Source: Gammaproteobacteria bacterium (GTDB taxonomy: Bacteria; Pseudomonadota; Gammaproteobacteria; UBA4575). Taken from it: a stretch of 64,000 nucleotides of DNA. Made by a program: the position numbers and the translations under genes. The DNA lies in NCBI GenBank assembly GCA_045105615.1, contig JBGCDS010000009.1, positions 19,783 to 83,782 on the forward strand. The letters run 5' to 3'. How positions within the stretch are numbered: the first letter of the stretch is position 1; each line of letters starts with the position of its first letter. Of the stretch, positions 49,429 to 60,597 are shown one piece after another. The notes under the pieces are model-generated. The model searched no databases. It saw nothing but the letters and a program-made list of their open reading frames with translations, and was not told where the DNA came from.

Positions 49429-50058
49429 ATGCGCACTAGTAGCATTATTGTTCTATTTGTTTCGATCTTTTTTTCCTCTATGCAGAGTTTTGCTCAGACG
49501 ACTGAGGAAAAGCTATATCAATCGATACATACGCTAACAAGTTTAAGTGCGAATTTTTTTCAACAGGTTGTTGATGCTGAAGGTGAAATCATTCAAGAAG
49601 CAAAAGGCACTTTTGAGTTAAAGAAACCGGGAAGATTTCGTTGGCACTATGATCCACCATTTTCTCAGCAAATCATTGCCGATGGTAAAAATCTATGGCT
49701 GTTTGATTTGGAGCTAGCACAGGCGACTGTTCAACCCATTGAACAGGCCTTAGGTAGCGCACCCATTATTTTATTGACCGACTTGAAGCCACTGTCGGAT
49801 GACTTTGATATTCGTGAAATGCCTGAATCTTTCGGTCTAAATTGGGTAGCGTTAGTACCAAAAGTACAAGATACGGAGTTTTACCGAATTGAAATTGGTA
49901 TGGATGGAAATGTCATTCGTGAGATGAAATTACATGATCATTTTGATCAAAAAACTATAATCCGCTTTTCTGAGGTTAACACCTCTGCAAATTTGCCCGA
50001 CACACGATTTAACTTTTCTATTCCTGAAGGTGTTGATGTCATTGGATCGCCGCGCTAA
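49429..50058 (+). CDS. lolA: Outer-membrane lipoprotein chaperone
   Basis: A.F.Q, KPGRFRW, ADGKNLW and F.IPEGVDV motifs; ftsK-lolA-rarA synteny. Confidence 0.93.
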   Translation: MRTSSIIVLFVSIFFSSMQSFAQTTEEKLYQSIHTLTSLSANFFQQVVDAEGEIIQEAKGTFELKKPGRFRWHYDPPFSQQIIADGKNLWLFDLELAQATVQPIEQALGSAPIILLTDLKPLSDDFDIREMPESFGLNWVALVPKVQDTEFYRIEIGMDGNVIREMKLHDHFDQKTIIRFSEVNTSANLPDTRFNFSIPEGVDVIGSPR

Positions 50059-50067
50059 CGTAGCGGC

Positions 50068-51390
50068 ATGTCATCGACAAACGATTTATTCTCAAATTCA
50101 GAACAGCAGTATCGTCCACTAGCTGACCGCATGCGTCCGCTGACTGTGGATGAGTTCGTCGGTCAGTCACATTTACTCAAAGATAAGTCTCCTTTACGCG
50201 CTGCAATAAACTCAGGTCGACCACACTCCATGGTGTTGTGGGGTCCGCCAGGCACAGGTAAAACGACGATTGCTCATCTTATTTCCATCCATTGCAAGGT
50301 CCCGTTTATATCCCTCTCTGCAGTACTCAGCGGAGTTAAAGAGATTAGAGCGGCCATCGAACAGGCCAAACAATATCAAGCAGAGCAATATCCTACGACG
50401 GTATTGTTTGTCGACGAGGTTCACCGCTTTAACAAATCGCAACAAGATGCATTTTTGCCGCATATAGAAAATGGCACTATTTGCTTTATCGGAGCGACGA
50501 CTGAAAATCCATCGTTTGAATTGAACAATGCTTTACTCTCGCGAGTGCGTACTTACGTGCTAAAGCGTTTGGAGATCAAAGATATCAGTGAGTGTTTACA
50601 TGAAGCGCTTAATAATGCTGAGCGCGGCTTAGCTGATGAGAAAATAGATATTGATGCTGAGCTAATCGATACCTTAGCGACGGCAGCCGATGGTGATGCT
50701 AGACGCGCATTAACATTATTGGAAGTTGCAAGTGATCTAGCCAAAGAACATGAGAATGGAAAAACTATCGATCAAGAAGTGATCGAACAGGTCACGCAGA
50801 CAAGTCTTAGGCGTTTCGATAATAAAGGTGAATATTTTTACGACCTAATTTCAGCGCTACATAAATCAGTGCGAGGAACGGACCCAGATGCCGCGCTTTA
50901 TTGGTATTGCCGAATGCTTGATGGTGGTTGTGATCCAATCTATATCGCGCGCAGAGTAGTGCGTATTGCTTCTGAAGATATTGGTAACGCCGATCCTCGA
51001 GGTCTGCAAATTGCATTAAATGCCTGGGATACCTTTACTCGACTAGGTAGTCCTGAGGGAGAGTTGGCTATTGCTCATGCGATTGTGTTTTTGGCCTGTG
51101 CGCCGAAAAGTAATGCAGTTTATATGGCCTATAACCAGGCAATGAGAGATGCTAAAGACAAAGGTACCTTAGAGGTGCCGATGCATCTGCGTAATGCGCC
51201 AACCAAGTTAATGGAAGAATTAGATTACGGTAAAGATTACCGCTATGCTCATAACGAAGAAGATGGCTTCGCTAGCGGAGAAAACTACTTTCCCGATGAG
51301 CTTTATGGTACAAGATATTATGCACCCGTAGAGCGGGGATTAGAGATTAAAATCAAAGAAATGTTGCAGAGATTGCGCAGTAAAAACTAA
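50068..51390 (+). CDS. rarA: Replication-associated recombination protein A
   Basis: PLADRMRP, GPPGTGKT, DEVHRF, ATTENP, SALHKS.RG and EDIG.AD motifs. Confidence 0.96.
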   Translation: MSSTNDLFSNSEQQYRPLADRMRPLTVDEFVGQSHLLKDKSPLRAAINSGRPHSMVLWGPPGTGKTTIAHLISIHCKVPFISLSAVLSGVKEIRAAIEQAKQYQAEQYPTTVLFVDEVHRFNKSQQDAFLPHIENGTICFIGATTENPSFELNNALLSRVRTYVLKRLEIKDISECLHEALNNAERGLADEKIDIDAELIDTLATAADGDARRALTLLEVASDLAKEHENGKTIDQEVIEQVTQTSLRRFDNKGEYFYDLISALHKSVRGTDPDAALYWYCRMLDGGCDPIYIARRVVRIASEDIGNADPRGLQIALNAWDTFTRLGSPEGELAIAHAIVFLACAPKSNAVYMAYNQAMRDAKDKGTLEVPMHLRNAPTKLMEELDYGKDYRYAHNEEDGFASGENYFPDELYGTRYYAPVERGLEIKIKEMLQRLRSKN

Positions 51391-51409
51391 GGGAACCAAA
51401 GGTAAACAT

Positions 51410-51724
51410 ATGTCAGACGAGCTTAAGCTTTCAAAGGAATTAATCGATAATGTCATGAACACAGTCGTGGCGATAGATGGTCGTGCTAAAGACCCATTCG
51501 TAGGTAGCCAATACCTAGCTGCAATAGTAGGTTATGTCGTCGGTACTTCGTCGATACCAAGTGAAGAGAAGAAAGAGATCATGGATGAGTTAGGTTCATT
51601 TATGCATCATGTTTACCAGGATGTATCGCAACAGTCTCAACCACAGCAAGCACAACAACCTCAATCTGCACCTGTAGCACCTCCAGGCAGTGCCTTTGGT
51701 ATCTGGAAGCCAGGTGACTCATAA
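51410..51724 (+). CDS. Hypothetical protein
   Basis: 104 aa; QYLAA..G pattern; Q/P-rich linker; C-terminal AFGIWKP; co-oriented 19 bp after rarA. Confidence 0.75.
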   Translation: MSDELKLSKELIDNVMNTVVAIDGRAKDPFVGSQYLAAIVGYVVGTSSIPSEEKKEIMDELGSFMHHVYQDVSQQSQPQQAQQPQSAPVAPPGSAFGIWKPGDS

Positions 51725-51803
51725 TTTCTAGATTGATCTTATCGATTCAGTCAGTATAATTTTCAAATAGAATCTCCATAAACAAACAGATAAGGGCATT
51801 AAG

Positions 51804-51902
51804 ATGGATGAAGAAGCGATCAAAACAATTATCACAGTAGTCATTATGTCGATTCCTATTGTGATTATTTCAGTAGCAGTACTGGATAGATTTATATTCT
51901 GA
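51804..51902 (+). CDS. Unannotated 32-aa single-pass membrane peptide
   Basis: MDEEAIKTIITVVIMSIPIVIISVAVLDRFIF*; AAGGG RBS at 51792-51796; terminator follows. Confidence 0.55.
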   Translation: MDEEAIKTIITVVIMSIPIVIISVAVLDRFIF

Positions 51903-51922
51903 GCCTGCTATATGAAGTCATA

Positions 51923-51950
51923 AAAAAAGCCGCATTTATGCGGCTTTTTT
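51923..51950. terminator. Bidirectional rho-independent terminator
   Basis: aaaaaagccgcat-tt-atgcggctttttt. Confidence 0.9.
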
Positions 51951-51992
51951 GTTTTTAAAACATTAAGTTACTGATGTATGTTAATGTTAAGT

Positions 51993-53171
51993 CTAATCCC
52001 TTCTTAAACGGTCAGAGACAGCAATAGGTGTGGGGAATCTTAGTACGACTAGGTACGATGAAAGCACAAAAGTGATAATTGTCGAGACATGAATTAAGTA
52101 GGCGGCTTTCTCGCCAATCACGCTCACATTCAATGCTAGTGCGCCGAGCAATATTGAAAACTCACTCAACTGTCCAATCCTATAGCCAATCTCGTTAGCG
52201 ACTTTAGGGTCCTCTCGTCCTAACTTGGTAAGCAAAAACTTGAAAGTAATCGGCTTAATCAGCATCGCCAAACCTGCGATAACGATGGCTGGCAGTATCA
52301 CTTGAGAGAGAATATCGAGTTGGAAGCTGGCACCTATTGCAAAAAAGAAAATGATTAAAAAGAAATCACGTAGCGGTTTCAAGCTTTCAGCAATAAATAA
52401 AGCAATAGGGCTGGTTGCAATCGACACCCCAGCAATGAAGGCACCAATTTCGTGCGACAAGCCTACCGAAGCAGCAAGCTGAGAAATGCCTAAACACCAA
52501 CCAATGGCAACCAAGAAAACATATTCTAATATTTTATCGAATTTGCGAAACAAATAAGACAGTACAAATTTAGAAAAATAGAAAGTGAAGGCAATCAGTA
52601 TAGGCAATGAAATAATCAATTTAAGCAAATCATTTGCACCTGCCTGGCTAGTGTCTGCACGAGAGTGAAGTAACAACAGCATGATGATGGCGATTAAGTC
52701 TTGGAGTAGTAAAATACTCACAATCACCTCTCCAGTATGCTTGTGATGTAAGACTGTAGTGGGTAATAATTTGAGGCCAATAATGGTACTAGAAAAAACC
52801 ATGCTACCAGCGATCACTATGCATTCGATGGGCTCAAAACCCATTGCGTAAGCAGCGACATAGCCGACTAAGGCAAACACTGCTGAGGACGCCAGAGTTA
52901 ATAACGTAGCATCCTTGAGCAGACTGACTAATTTGTTTGGGTTTAAGCTTAAGCCTAAAAGAAATAATAAAAACATAATGCCGATGTCGGCGACCTGTTG
53001 AATAAAGTCATGATTTTCAACAATGCCAAATCCAGATGGCCCGAGCAAAACGCCTAATGCGATATAGGCAATCAATAATGTTTGACGTGCATACAGTGCA
53101 AGGGTAGCTAAAATAGCCGCCCCTGAAAATATCACAAAGATAGTGAATATAATTTCGTCAGAATGATTCAT
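51993..53171 (-). CDS. Cation:proton antiporter (CPA2, Kef-like, no TrkA-N domain)
   Basis: Many TM helices; G..FLLF.LGL, SST.I..K, LL.QD, GAF.AG and Q.SEF motifs. Confidence 0.9.
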   Translation of the reverse strand: MNHSDEIIFTIFVIFSGAAILATLALYARQTLLIAYIALGVLLGPSGFGIVENHDFIQQVADIGIMFLLFLLGLSLNPNKLVSLLKDATLLTLASSAVFALVGYVAAYAMGFEPIECIVIAGSMVFSSTIIGLKLLPTTVLHHKHTGEVIVSILLLQDLIAIIMLLLLHSRADTSQAGANDLLKLIISLPILIAFTFYFSKFVLSYLFRKFDKILEYVFLVAIGWCLGISQLAASVGLSHEIGAFIAGVSIATSPIALFIAESLKPLRDFFLIIFFFAIGASFQLDILSQVILPAIVIAGLAMLIKPITFKFLLTKLGREDPKVANEIGYRIGQLSEFSILLGALALNVSVIGEKAAYLIHVSTIITFVLSSYLVVLRFPTPIAVSDRLRRD

Positions 53172-53183
53172 AAAAACGATTCT

Positions 53184-54380
53184 TTAATCAGTAACTTCTA
53201 CCAAATCTAACCAATGTATGACAGGAACAGAAGAAGCTTTTTGTAAATGAAGAATACAACCGATATTGGCAGTGGCAATGATGTCCGGTTGTGACATTTC
53301 AATAGCAGATATTTTATTGCTGCGTAATTGAGAAGCAAGTTCGGGTTGTAATATAGAGTAAGTGCCAGCAGAACCGCAACATAGATGTTTATCTTTGAAT
53401 TCTGTTAATTGATAACCGGCGTGATGCAATATTGATTCAACCACATTAACAACTTTTTGATTATGTTGCAGTGTGCAGGGTGGATGAAATGCTATCGTTG
53501 GCTGAGTGCTTAATTTAGCTGAAAAATTTTGTTTAGAAAGAAACTCGCTGGCATCTTTAGTTAAGTTAGAAATAACCATGGCTTTATGTGAATACTCATG
53601 ATCATTTTTTAGCAGTCGATAGTAATCTTTTACCATGCTGCCGCATCCACTGGCGCTCATGATAATTGCCTCACATCCACTTTCTACTTCGGGCCACCAG
53701 TTGTCTATGTTTGCTTTTATAACATCTAATGCTCTGCCTGCTTGGCCATTATGATGCTGGATTGCGCCGCAACAAGATACGCTAGTAAGCGAGACTGGTT
53801 GAATGTTTAAAGAGATTAAGATTTTGCTTAAGGCATGATTAATTTCAGGGGAAGTGATTGATTGCACGCAACCATCTAATAAAATCACTTTATTTGAACG
53901 CTTGTGCTTGAGATTAATATTTTCTAATGACGTTTTCGTTAAGGGTGCTGCACCAATTAATTTGGCTAACAAATAGAAGGGTCTGAAACGTGCTGGATAA
54001 GGAAATATATTGCATATCATCCAGCGTTTGAATGTCGAGGATAAACTACGTAGTTTTTTAGTGTCGATTGTCTCTCTACCAATCTCAACTAATTCACCAT
54101 AATTAACGCCTGAAGGGCAGGTGGTTTCGCAGTTTAAACAAGTTAAGCAATTGTCTAAATGGTCTAAAGTGCTTTTAGTAGTTTCATTGCCTTCAAGCAT
54201 TTCTTTAATTAAATAAATGCGTCCGCGTGGGCCATCTAATTCATCACCAGTTATTTGATGTGTAGGACAGGTGGCATTACAAAATCCACAATGGACACAT
54301 TTGCGTAGAATTTCATCGGCGCGTTTGCCAGTGGGTGTGGATAGTAATTCTTGAGGTAGGTTGGTTTGCACTGCTAACAC
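53184..54380 (-). CDS. glcF: Glycolate oxidase Fe-S subunit
   Basis: CVHCGFC...CP and CLTCLNC...CP ferredoxin motifs; two CCG domains; TANIGC. Confidence 0.93.
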   Translation of the reverse strand: MLAVQTNLPQELLSTPTGKRADEILRKCVHCGFCNATCPTHQITGDELDGPRGRIYLIKEMLEGNETTKSTLDHLDNCLTCLNCETTCPSGVNYGELVEIGRETIDTKKLRSLSSTFKRWMICNIFPYPARFRPFYLLAKLIGAAPLTKTSLENINLKHKRSNKVILLDGCVQSITSPEINHALSKILISLNIQPVSLTSVSCCGAIQHHNGQAGRALDVIKANIDNWWPEVESGCEAIIMSASGCGSMVKDYYRLLKNDHEYSHKAMVISNLTKDASEFLSKQNFSAKLSTQPTIAFHPPCTLQHNQKVVNVVESILHHAGYQLTEFKDKHLCCGSAGTYSILQPELASQLRSNKISAIEMSQPDIIATANIGCILHLQKASSVPVIHWLDLVEVTD

Positions 54381-55438
54381 CAGGAATACATGCGGCCGGG
54401 ATTTAAAATCCGCTTAGGATCAAATGCAGCTTTTAGGTTTAAATGTAACTTCTTTAGGTTTGGATTAATTTCGGCTAAACAATCATTCGGTTTAGAGTTT
54501 CCTTTAAATAAGCTCACATAACCTTTGAAGGCTTGGCATTGGTTGGAAATGTGTTGTGCTTCTTCAGTCGATTTTATCCAGCGTAATCCGCCATTCCACT
54601 CGATACATGTTTCACCTTCGAGAGACAGTGGTGGTGTTTTGTTGGCTATTACTATTCGCCATAAAGACTGTTCTGTCTGAAAGAAATCTGATTGGTGATT
54701 TTTTATCGATGCCCAAAATTTTTGGCTAGAAGATATTTTCTCTCCACCGATTTGTTTATGAATTTTTTCAACGCTACTCTCCAATCCGGCAATACGGATA
54801 TGCAGTGTATTATTATGAAAATAAGTTGCACTGATTGGGAGTTGTGTCTGCGACCAGGTATTCATTTTATTGATTGCTTCATCTTGATCCATGTCCAAAG
54901 CCAGGGTGATTTCTGTCTGTGGTTTCGGTATTACTTTGATGGAAATCTGTGTTAACACACCTAAAGTGCCAAATGCGCCACACATTAACCTTGAGGCATC
55001 ATACCCAGCAACGTTCTTCATGACTTTGCCACCAAATTCTAGATATTCGCCTTTACCATTAACGATGTTTGCTCCCAGCATACAATCTCGTAGTGAACTA
55101 GCAAAGGGTCTGCGTGGTCCCGATAAACCACAGGCAACGGTGCCACCTAATGTTGCACTAGAGCTGAAATGTGGTGGCTCGAAAGGCAGCATCTGATTGT
55201 TAGCCTCTAAGGTTGCTTCAATTTCTGTGAGTAATGTGCCATTACGTGCTGTAATAAATAGTTCAGATGGTTCGTAATCGACGATACCAGTGTTGTTGGA
55301 AACATTTAAGCTGTTCGCAGATATTTGATTACCATAAAAGCTTTTGCTCCCGCCGCCCTGTATGTGTAATGCTTGCTGCGTAGCATTGGCCTGTTCTATC
55401 GAGGTGCATAACATTTGTATGTGATCAGATTCAGACAT
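54374..55438 (-). CDS. glcE: Glycolate oxidase FAD-binding subunit
   Basis: GGGSK.FYG, LPFEPP, GLSGPRR, GG.VMKNVAGYD and FDP..ILNPG motifs. Confidence 0.93.
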   Translation of the reverse strand: MSESDHIQMLCTSIEQANATQQALHIQGGGSKSFYGNQISANSLNVSNNTGIVDYEPSELFITARNGTLLTEIEATLEANNQMLPFEPPHFSSSATLGGTVACGLSGPRRPFASSLRDCMLGANIVNGKGEYLEFGGKVMKNVAGYDASRLMCGAFGTLGVLTQISIKVIPKPQTEITLALDMDQDEAINKMNTWSQTQLPISATYFHNNTLHIRIAGLESSVEKIHKQIGGEKISSSQKFWASIKNHQSDFFQTEQSLWRIVIANKTPPLSLEGETCIEWNGGLRWIKSTEEAQHISNQCQAFKGYVSLFKGNSKPNDCLAEINPNLKKLHLNLKAAFDPKRILNPGRMYSWC

Positions 55439-55440
55439 GA

Positions 55441-56898
55441 TTAAAAACGTGGTAAGTCTTTGAAGGGCATTTCGCCGCGATGGACATGCATCGCGCCAAA
55501 TTCTGCGCAGCGTTGTAATGTGGGAATGACTTTTCCAGGATTGAGTAAATGTGTAGGGTCGAATGCTTCTTTAATTCGTTCGAATTGATTAAGTTCTTCG
55601 CGTTTGAATTGTACGCACATCTGGTTTAGTTTTTCGATGCCAACTCCATGTTCACCTGTAATAGTGCCACCAACACTGACGCAGAGCTCCAGAATTTTTC
55701 CACCAATTTCCTCAGCTTTTTCTAACTCACCAGGATTGTTAGCATCGTACATGATCAGTGGGTGTAGATTGCCATCACCGGCATGAAAAACATTGGCGAC
55801 AGCTAAGCCAATTTGTTTTGAGTAATTTGAAATTTCACCGAGCACGTGCGCCAGGTGCTTGCGTGGAATAGTGCCATCCATGCATAAGTAATCAGGTGAA
55901 AGTTGGCCAATTGCTGGGAATGCAGACTTACGACCTTTCCAAAATAATTCTTGTTCACTAGCATTCTGTGCTTTTTGTACTGTCACTGCATTGGATTGTT
56001 TGCACTGTTGTGTGACTTGTTCGATTTCCCACTGTAGTGAATCATCATATCCATCAAGCTCACATAATAATATGGCGGCAGCATCCGTCGGGTAGCCCGC
56101 ATGACAAAAATTCTCTGTCGCGTTAATCACTGCGTTATCCATCATTTCTAAGCCTGCGGGAATTACGCCACTGGCGATAATGTTGGCCACCGCGCTTCCT
56201 GCTTCTTCCACGCAATTAAAGGCAGCGAGGATAACTTCTTTGTGTAATGGTTTAGGTAACAGTTTAACTTTTGCCTCGACCATTACTGCTAGCATGCCTT
56301 CGGAGCCAGCTAACAAGGCGAGCATGTCATAACCTGGATTTTCGTAGCACTCACTGCCTATGGTGATCAATTCGCCATCAATGGTGACGAAAGTGACTTC
56401 TAGTAAATTATGGACAGTCAGTCCGTATTTTAAACAATGCACACCACCAGAATTTTCCGCAATATTGCCACCAATGGTACAGGCAATCTGTGAAGAAGGG
56501 TCAGGTGCATAGTAGAGGCCAAATTCTGAAGCTGCTTCTGAAATGGCTAAATTGCGTACACCTGGACCAACGTGAGCATATTGAAGTTGGTGATTGATTT
56601 CTAATATCTGATTGAGTTTAGATAAGTTCAGCAGTATTCCGTTGGAAATAGGATGAGCACCGCCAGATAAACCTGTACCTGCGCCGCGTGTGACAATGGG
56701 AATAGTTTCTCTCTGGCAAATTTTTATAATATCGATTACTTGCTGAGTCGTTTCAGGCAATAATACTGCCAGCGGTAATGATTTGTAGGCTGTGTATCCA
56801 TCACACTCATACGGACGTAAAGTTTCCGTAGTGGTTAGGATATTATTTTTTGCTAAACAGCTGGAAAATAGGGCAGGAATTTCGCTTCTATTAGGCAT
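55441..56898 (-). CDS. glcD: Glycolate oxidase subunit GlcD
   Basis: YECDG, RGAGTGLSGG, PDPSSQ, HAGDGNLHP and GEHGVG.EK motifs. Confidence 0.94.
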   Translation of the reverse strand: MPNRSEIPALFSSCLAKNNILTTTETLRPYECDGYTAYKSLPLAVLLPETTQQVIDIIKICQRETIPIVTRGAGTGLSGGAHPISNGILLNLSKLNQILEINHQLQYAHVGPGVRNLAISEAASEFGLYYAPDPSSQIACTIGGNIAENSGGVHCLKYGLTVHNLLEVTFVTIDGELITIGSECYENPGYDMLALLAGSEGMLAVMVEAKVKLLPKPLHKEVILAAFNCVEEAGSAVANIIASGVIPAGLEMMDNAVINATENFCHAGYPTDAAAILLCELDGYDDSLQWEIEQVTQQCKQSNAVTVQKAQNASEQELFWKGRKSAFPAIGQLSPDYLCMDGTIPRKHLAHVLGEISNYSKQIGLAVANVFHAGDGNLHPLIMYDANNPGELEKAEEIGGKILELCVSVGGTITGEHGVGIEKLNQMCVQFKREELNQFERIKEAFDPTHLLNPGKVIPTLQRCAEFGAMHVHRGEMPFKDLPRF

Positions 56899-56972
56899 AT
56901 GCTTATAGTTTGTTACATCCTGTATGAATTGTTGTTTGAGAATACCTTAATTAACCTCAACGTGGCTATACA

Positions 56973-58645
<1,673 letters not shown>

Positions 58646-58654
58646 TTCGCGGGA

Positions 58655-58770
58655 ATAAAAAAAGCCTGCACGGGTTGGGGCGCGCAGGCTTTAAACTCAT
58701 ACTAGGTACGAGTTTTGGGGACTCGGTATTATTGATACCTTTCGGTGCAAACTTGATATCGGTTTATACG
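58655..58770 (-). ncRNA. Candidate ~115-nt small RNA with C-rich stem-loops
   Basis: Minus-strand promoter; acc-GAAA-ggt hairpin; cgagt-CCCCAAA-actcg hairpin; terminal aaagcctgc-gcgCCCCaaCCCgt-gcaggcttt hairpin followed by a U-tract. No ORF. Confidence 0.55.
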
Positions 58771-58776
58771 TAGATG

Positions 58777-58804
58777 ATTTTAGCTATATTAGACAATAAA
58801 GCAA
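58777..58804 (-). promoter_or_regulatory. Sigma-70-type promoter for the candidate sRNA
   Basis: TTGCTT (58804-58799) - 16 nt - TAAAAT (58782-58777) on the minus strand. Confidence 0.45.
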
Positions 58805-58944
58805 GATCATACATGTATAAACAAGTGTAAAACACTGTTATATATAGATATGATTGTTTTATTGAACTAATTAATTATCTTTTGTCTATGCTTTGTCTAA
58901 TACATTCAATGATCTATATATAATTTTCCTAATACAACACTACT

Positions 58945-59433
58945 ATGCAAAAAGTCGCAGAACTCAAACAGCATTTTCCTTATCTTGGCAAAGTCGAGTG
59001 GATCGGTGTGCGCTTATATAAAGGGTCGGACATTGAGCAGAAATCTTACATTCAAGCGATTACTGATCATGGTCTAGAAGGTGATAAGGCTGGGCAAAGG
59101 CCAGGCGGTAAACGCCAAGTGACTCTGATTCAAGCAGAATATGTCGATGTTATTCGTTCACTGATGCCAGAGGCAGACATTAGTTTGGCAGACCTGCGTC
59201 GTAATATTGCTATATCAGGACTTAATCTCAATGCGCTGAAAGACTGCACAATACAGATAGGCCAATCGATATTAGAAATCACAGGGTTTTGTCATCCTTG
59301 CGGTAAATTAGAAAAGCAATTAGGTGAGGGTGTGTTTAATGCTTTACGTGGTCACGGAGGACTGACTGCGAAAGTGATTGAGGGTGGATTAATCCGTGTC
59401 GATGACGAAATTAAAGTGTTAAAAGTCGGTTAA
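58945..59433 (+). CDS. MOSC-domain protein
   Basis: GLEGD, RQVTLIQ.E, LRRNI.ISG, C.PC and RGHGG.TA motifs. Confidence 0.9.
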   Translation: MQKVAELKQHFPYLGKVEWIGVRLYKGSDIEQKSYIQAITDHGLEGDKAGQRPGGKRQVTLIQAEYVDVIRSLMPEADISLADLRRNIAISGLNLNALKDCTIQIGQSILEITGFCHPCGKLEKQLGEGVFNALRGHGGLTAKVIEGGLIRVDDEIKVLKVG

Positions 59434-59807
59434 TCGTTACTGCGTAGGCTTTTCCAAGCTAGCCACGACCAAGCAATAATAAAGGAAGTGCCGCCAATAG
59501 GGGTGATCATGCCTAACCAGGTCGTTCCTGTAGTACTTAATACATATAAGCTTCCGCAAAATAATATAATGCCAAGATTCATCAAACCGGCAATGGCTGA
59601 ATAATTTGTATGAGAATTGTTTTTTGCAATCACGCCGACAAGAATTAACCCTAATGCATGCCAAAAATGAAAATCAGCCGCGGTGTTAAATACTTGTATG
59701 CTGCGCTCATCTAAATGTTTCTCAAGGCCATGTGCGGCAAATGCACCGAGCGCAATAGCTAATGCAGCATTGAAACTACCGATAGAAATTATTACATTGT
59801 GTCTCAT
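59430..59807 (-). CDS. DUF423 (YgdD/TMEM256) membrane protein
   Basis: LGAFAAHGL, F.TA..FH..HAL, FCGSLY and ITP.GG motifs. Start moved to ATG 59807. Confidence 0.9.
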   Translation of the reverse strand: MRHNVIISIGSFNAALAIALGAFAAHGLEKHLDERSIQVFNTAADFHFWHALGLILVGVIAKNNSHTNYSAIAGLMNLGIILFCGSLYVLSTTGTTWLGMITPIGGTSFIIAWSWLAWKSLRSND

Positions 59808-59840
59808 AGAATTCTTATTCGTTATAAACAGGAGAGTATA

Positions 59841-60323
59841 GTGCCTACATTCGATATTGTCTCTGAAGTCGACACCCACGAGTTATCTAATGCTATCGAT
59901 CAAGCTAATCGAGAGATAGGGAATCGTTTCGATTTTAAAGGGAGTAATGCCAAGATCACACTTAAAGATAATGTGGTTTCATTAGAAGCCGAGGTGGAAT
60001 TTCAGATTAAACAAATCTACGATGTGGTGACGCAAAAAATGGCTAAACGAGGCATTGATCTTGATTGTGTCACGAAAGGAAAACTGGTCGAAGCGAATAA
60101 GCGTGCAACACAGGATGTGATTATTAATCAGGGCATCAACTCAGAAATTGCTAAGAAGATTACTAAGTTAATCAAAGAAAGTAAAATGAAAGTACAGTCT
60201 CAAATTCAAGGCGAAAAAGTACGTGTGACAGGTAAGAAGAGAGATGACTTGCAACAGGCGATGCAGCTACTTCGCGAGCAGGATTTAGGTGTACCTCTGC
60301 AGTTTGATAACTTTAGAGATTAG
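59841..60323 (+). CDS. yajQ: YajQ family nucleotide/c-di-GMP-binding protein
   Basis: PTFDIVS, RFDFKG, RVTGKKRDDLQ and QF.NFRD motifs; GTG 59841 with AGGAG RBS. Confidence 0.95.
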   Translation: MPTFDIVSEVDTHELSNAIDQANREIGNRFDFKGSNAKITLKDNVVSLEAEVEFQIKQIYDVVTQKMAKRGIDLDCVTKGKLVEANKRATQDVIINQGINSEIAKKITKLIKESKMKVQSQIQGEKVRVTGKKRDDLQQAMQLLREQDLGVPLQFDNFRD

Positions 60324-60336
60324 TCTATTTATAAGT

Positions 60337-60522
60337 CTACTGGCCGACTAACCAAATAAGCAGCATGACAAATCCAACTACACCGATTAATGGCAGTAGT
60401 ACTGCACTCCAGTCGCCAGACTCGGCTTTTGGGCTATTAAAAAACATCTGCTTAGCACGCGGAAATAGAAACACTAGCATTAATACTAAAAATACTGCGC
60501 TGGCAATTTGCATTCCATCCAT
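60337..60522 (-). CDS. Small two-TM hypothetical protein
   Basis: GAGGA RBS; SPK....DW....LP...V..FV pattern. Confidence 0.75.
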   Translation of the reverse strand: MDGMQIASAVFLVLMLVFLFPRAKQMFFNSPKAESGDWSAVLLPLIGVVGFVMLLIWLVGQ

Positions 60523-60542
60523 ATATGTTTTCCTCGCGAAAT

Positions 60543-60572
60543 AAAAAAGCCCACGGATAACTCAGTGGGCTT
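60543..60572 (-). terminator. Rho-independent terminator of yccA
   Basis: Minus strand reads aagcccac-N11-gtgggctttttt. Confidence 0.75.
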
Positions 60573-60597
60573 GTGTTTGTTTGATAATTAATTGTGA

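Noticed and set aside
56899-56972. Fluoride riboswitch upstream of crcB
   Set aside because: The short AT-rich divergent spacer lacks the GGCGAUG-type core and pseudoknot.
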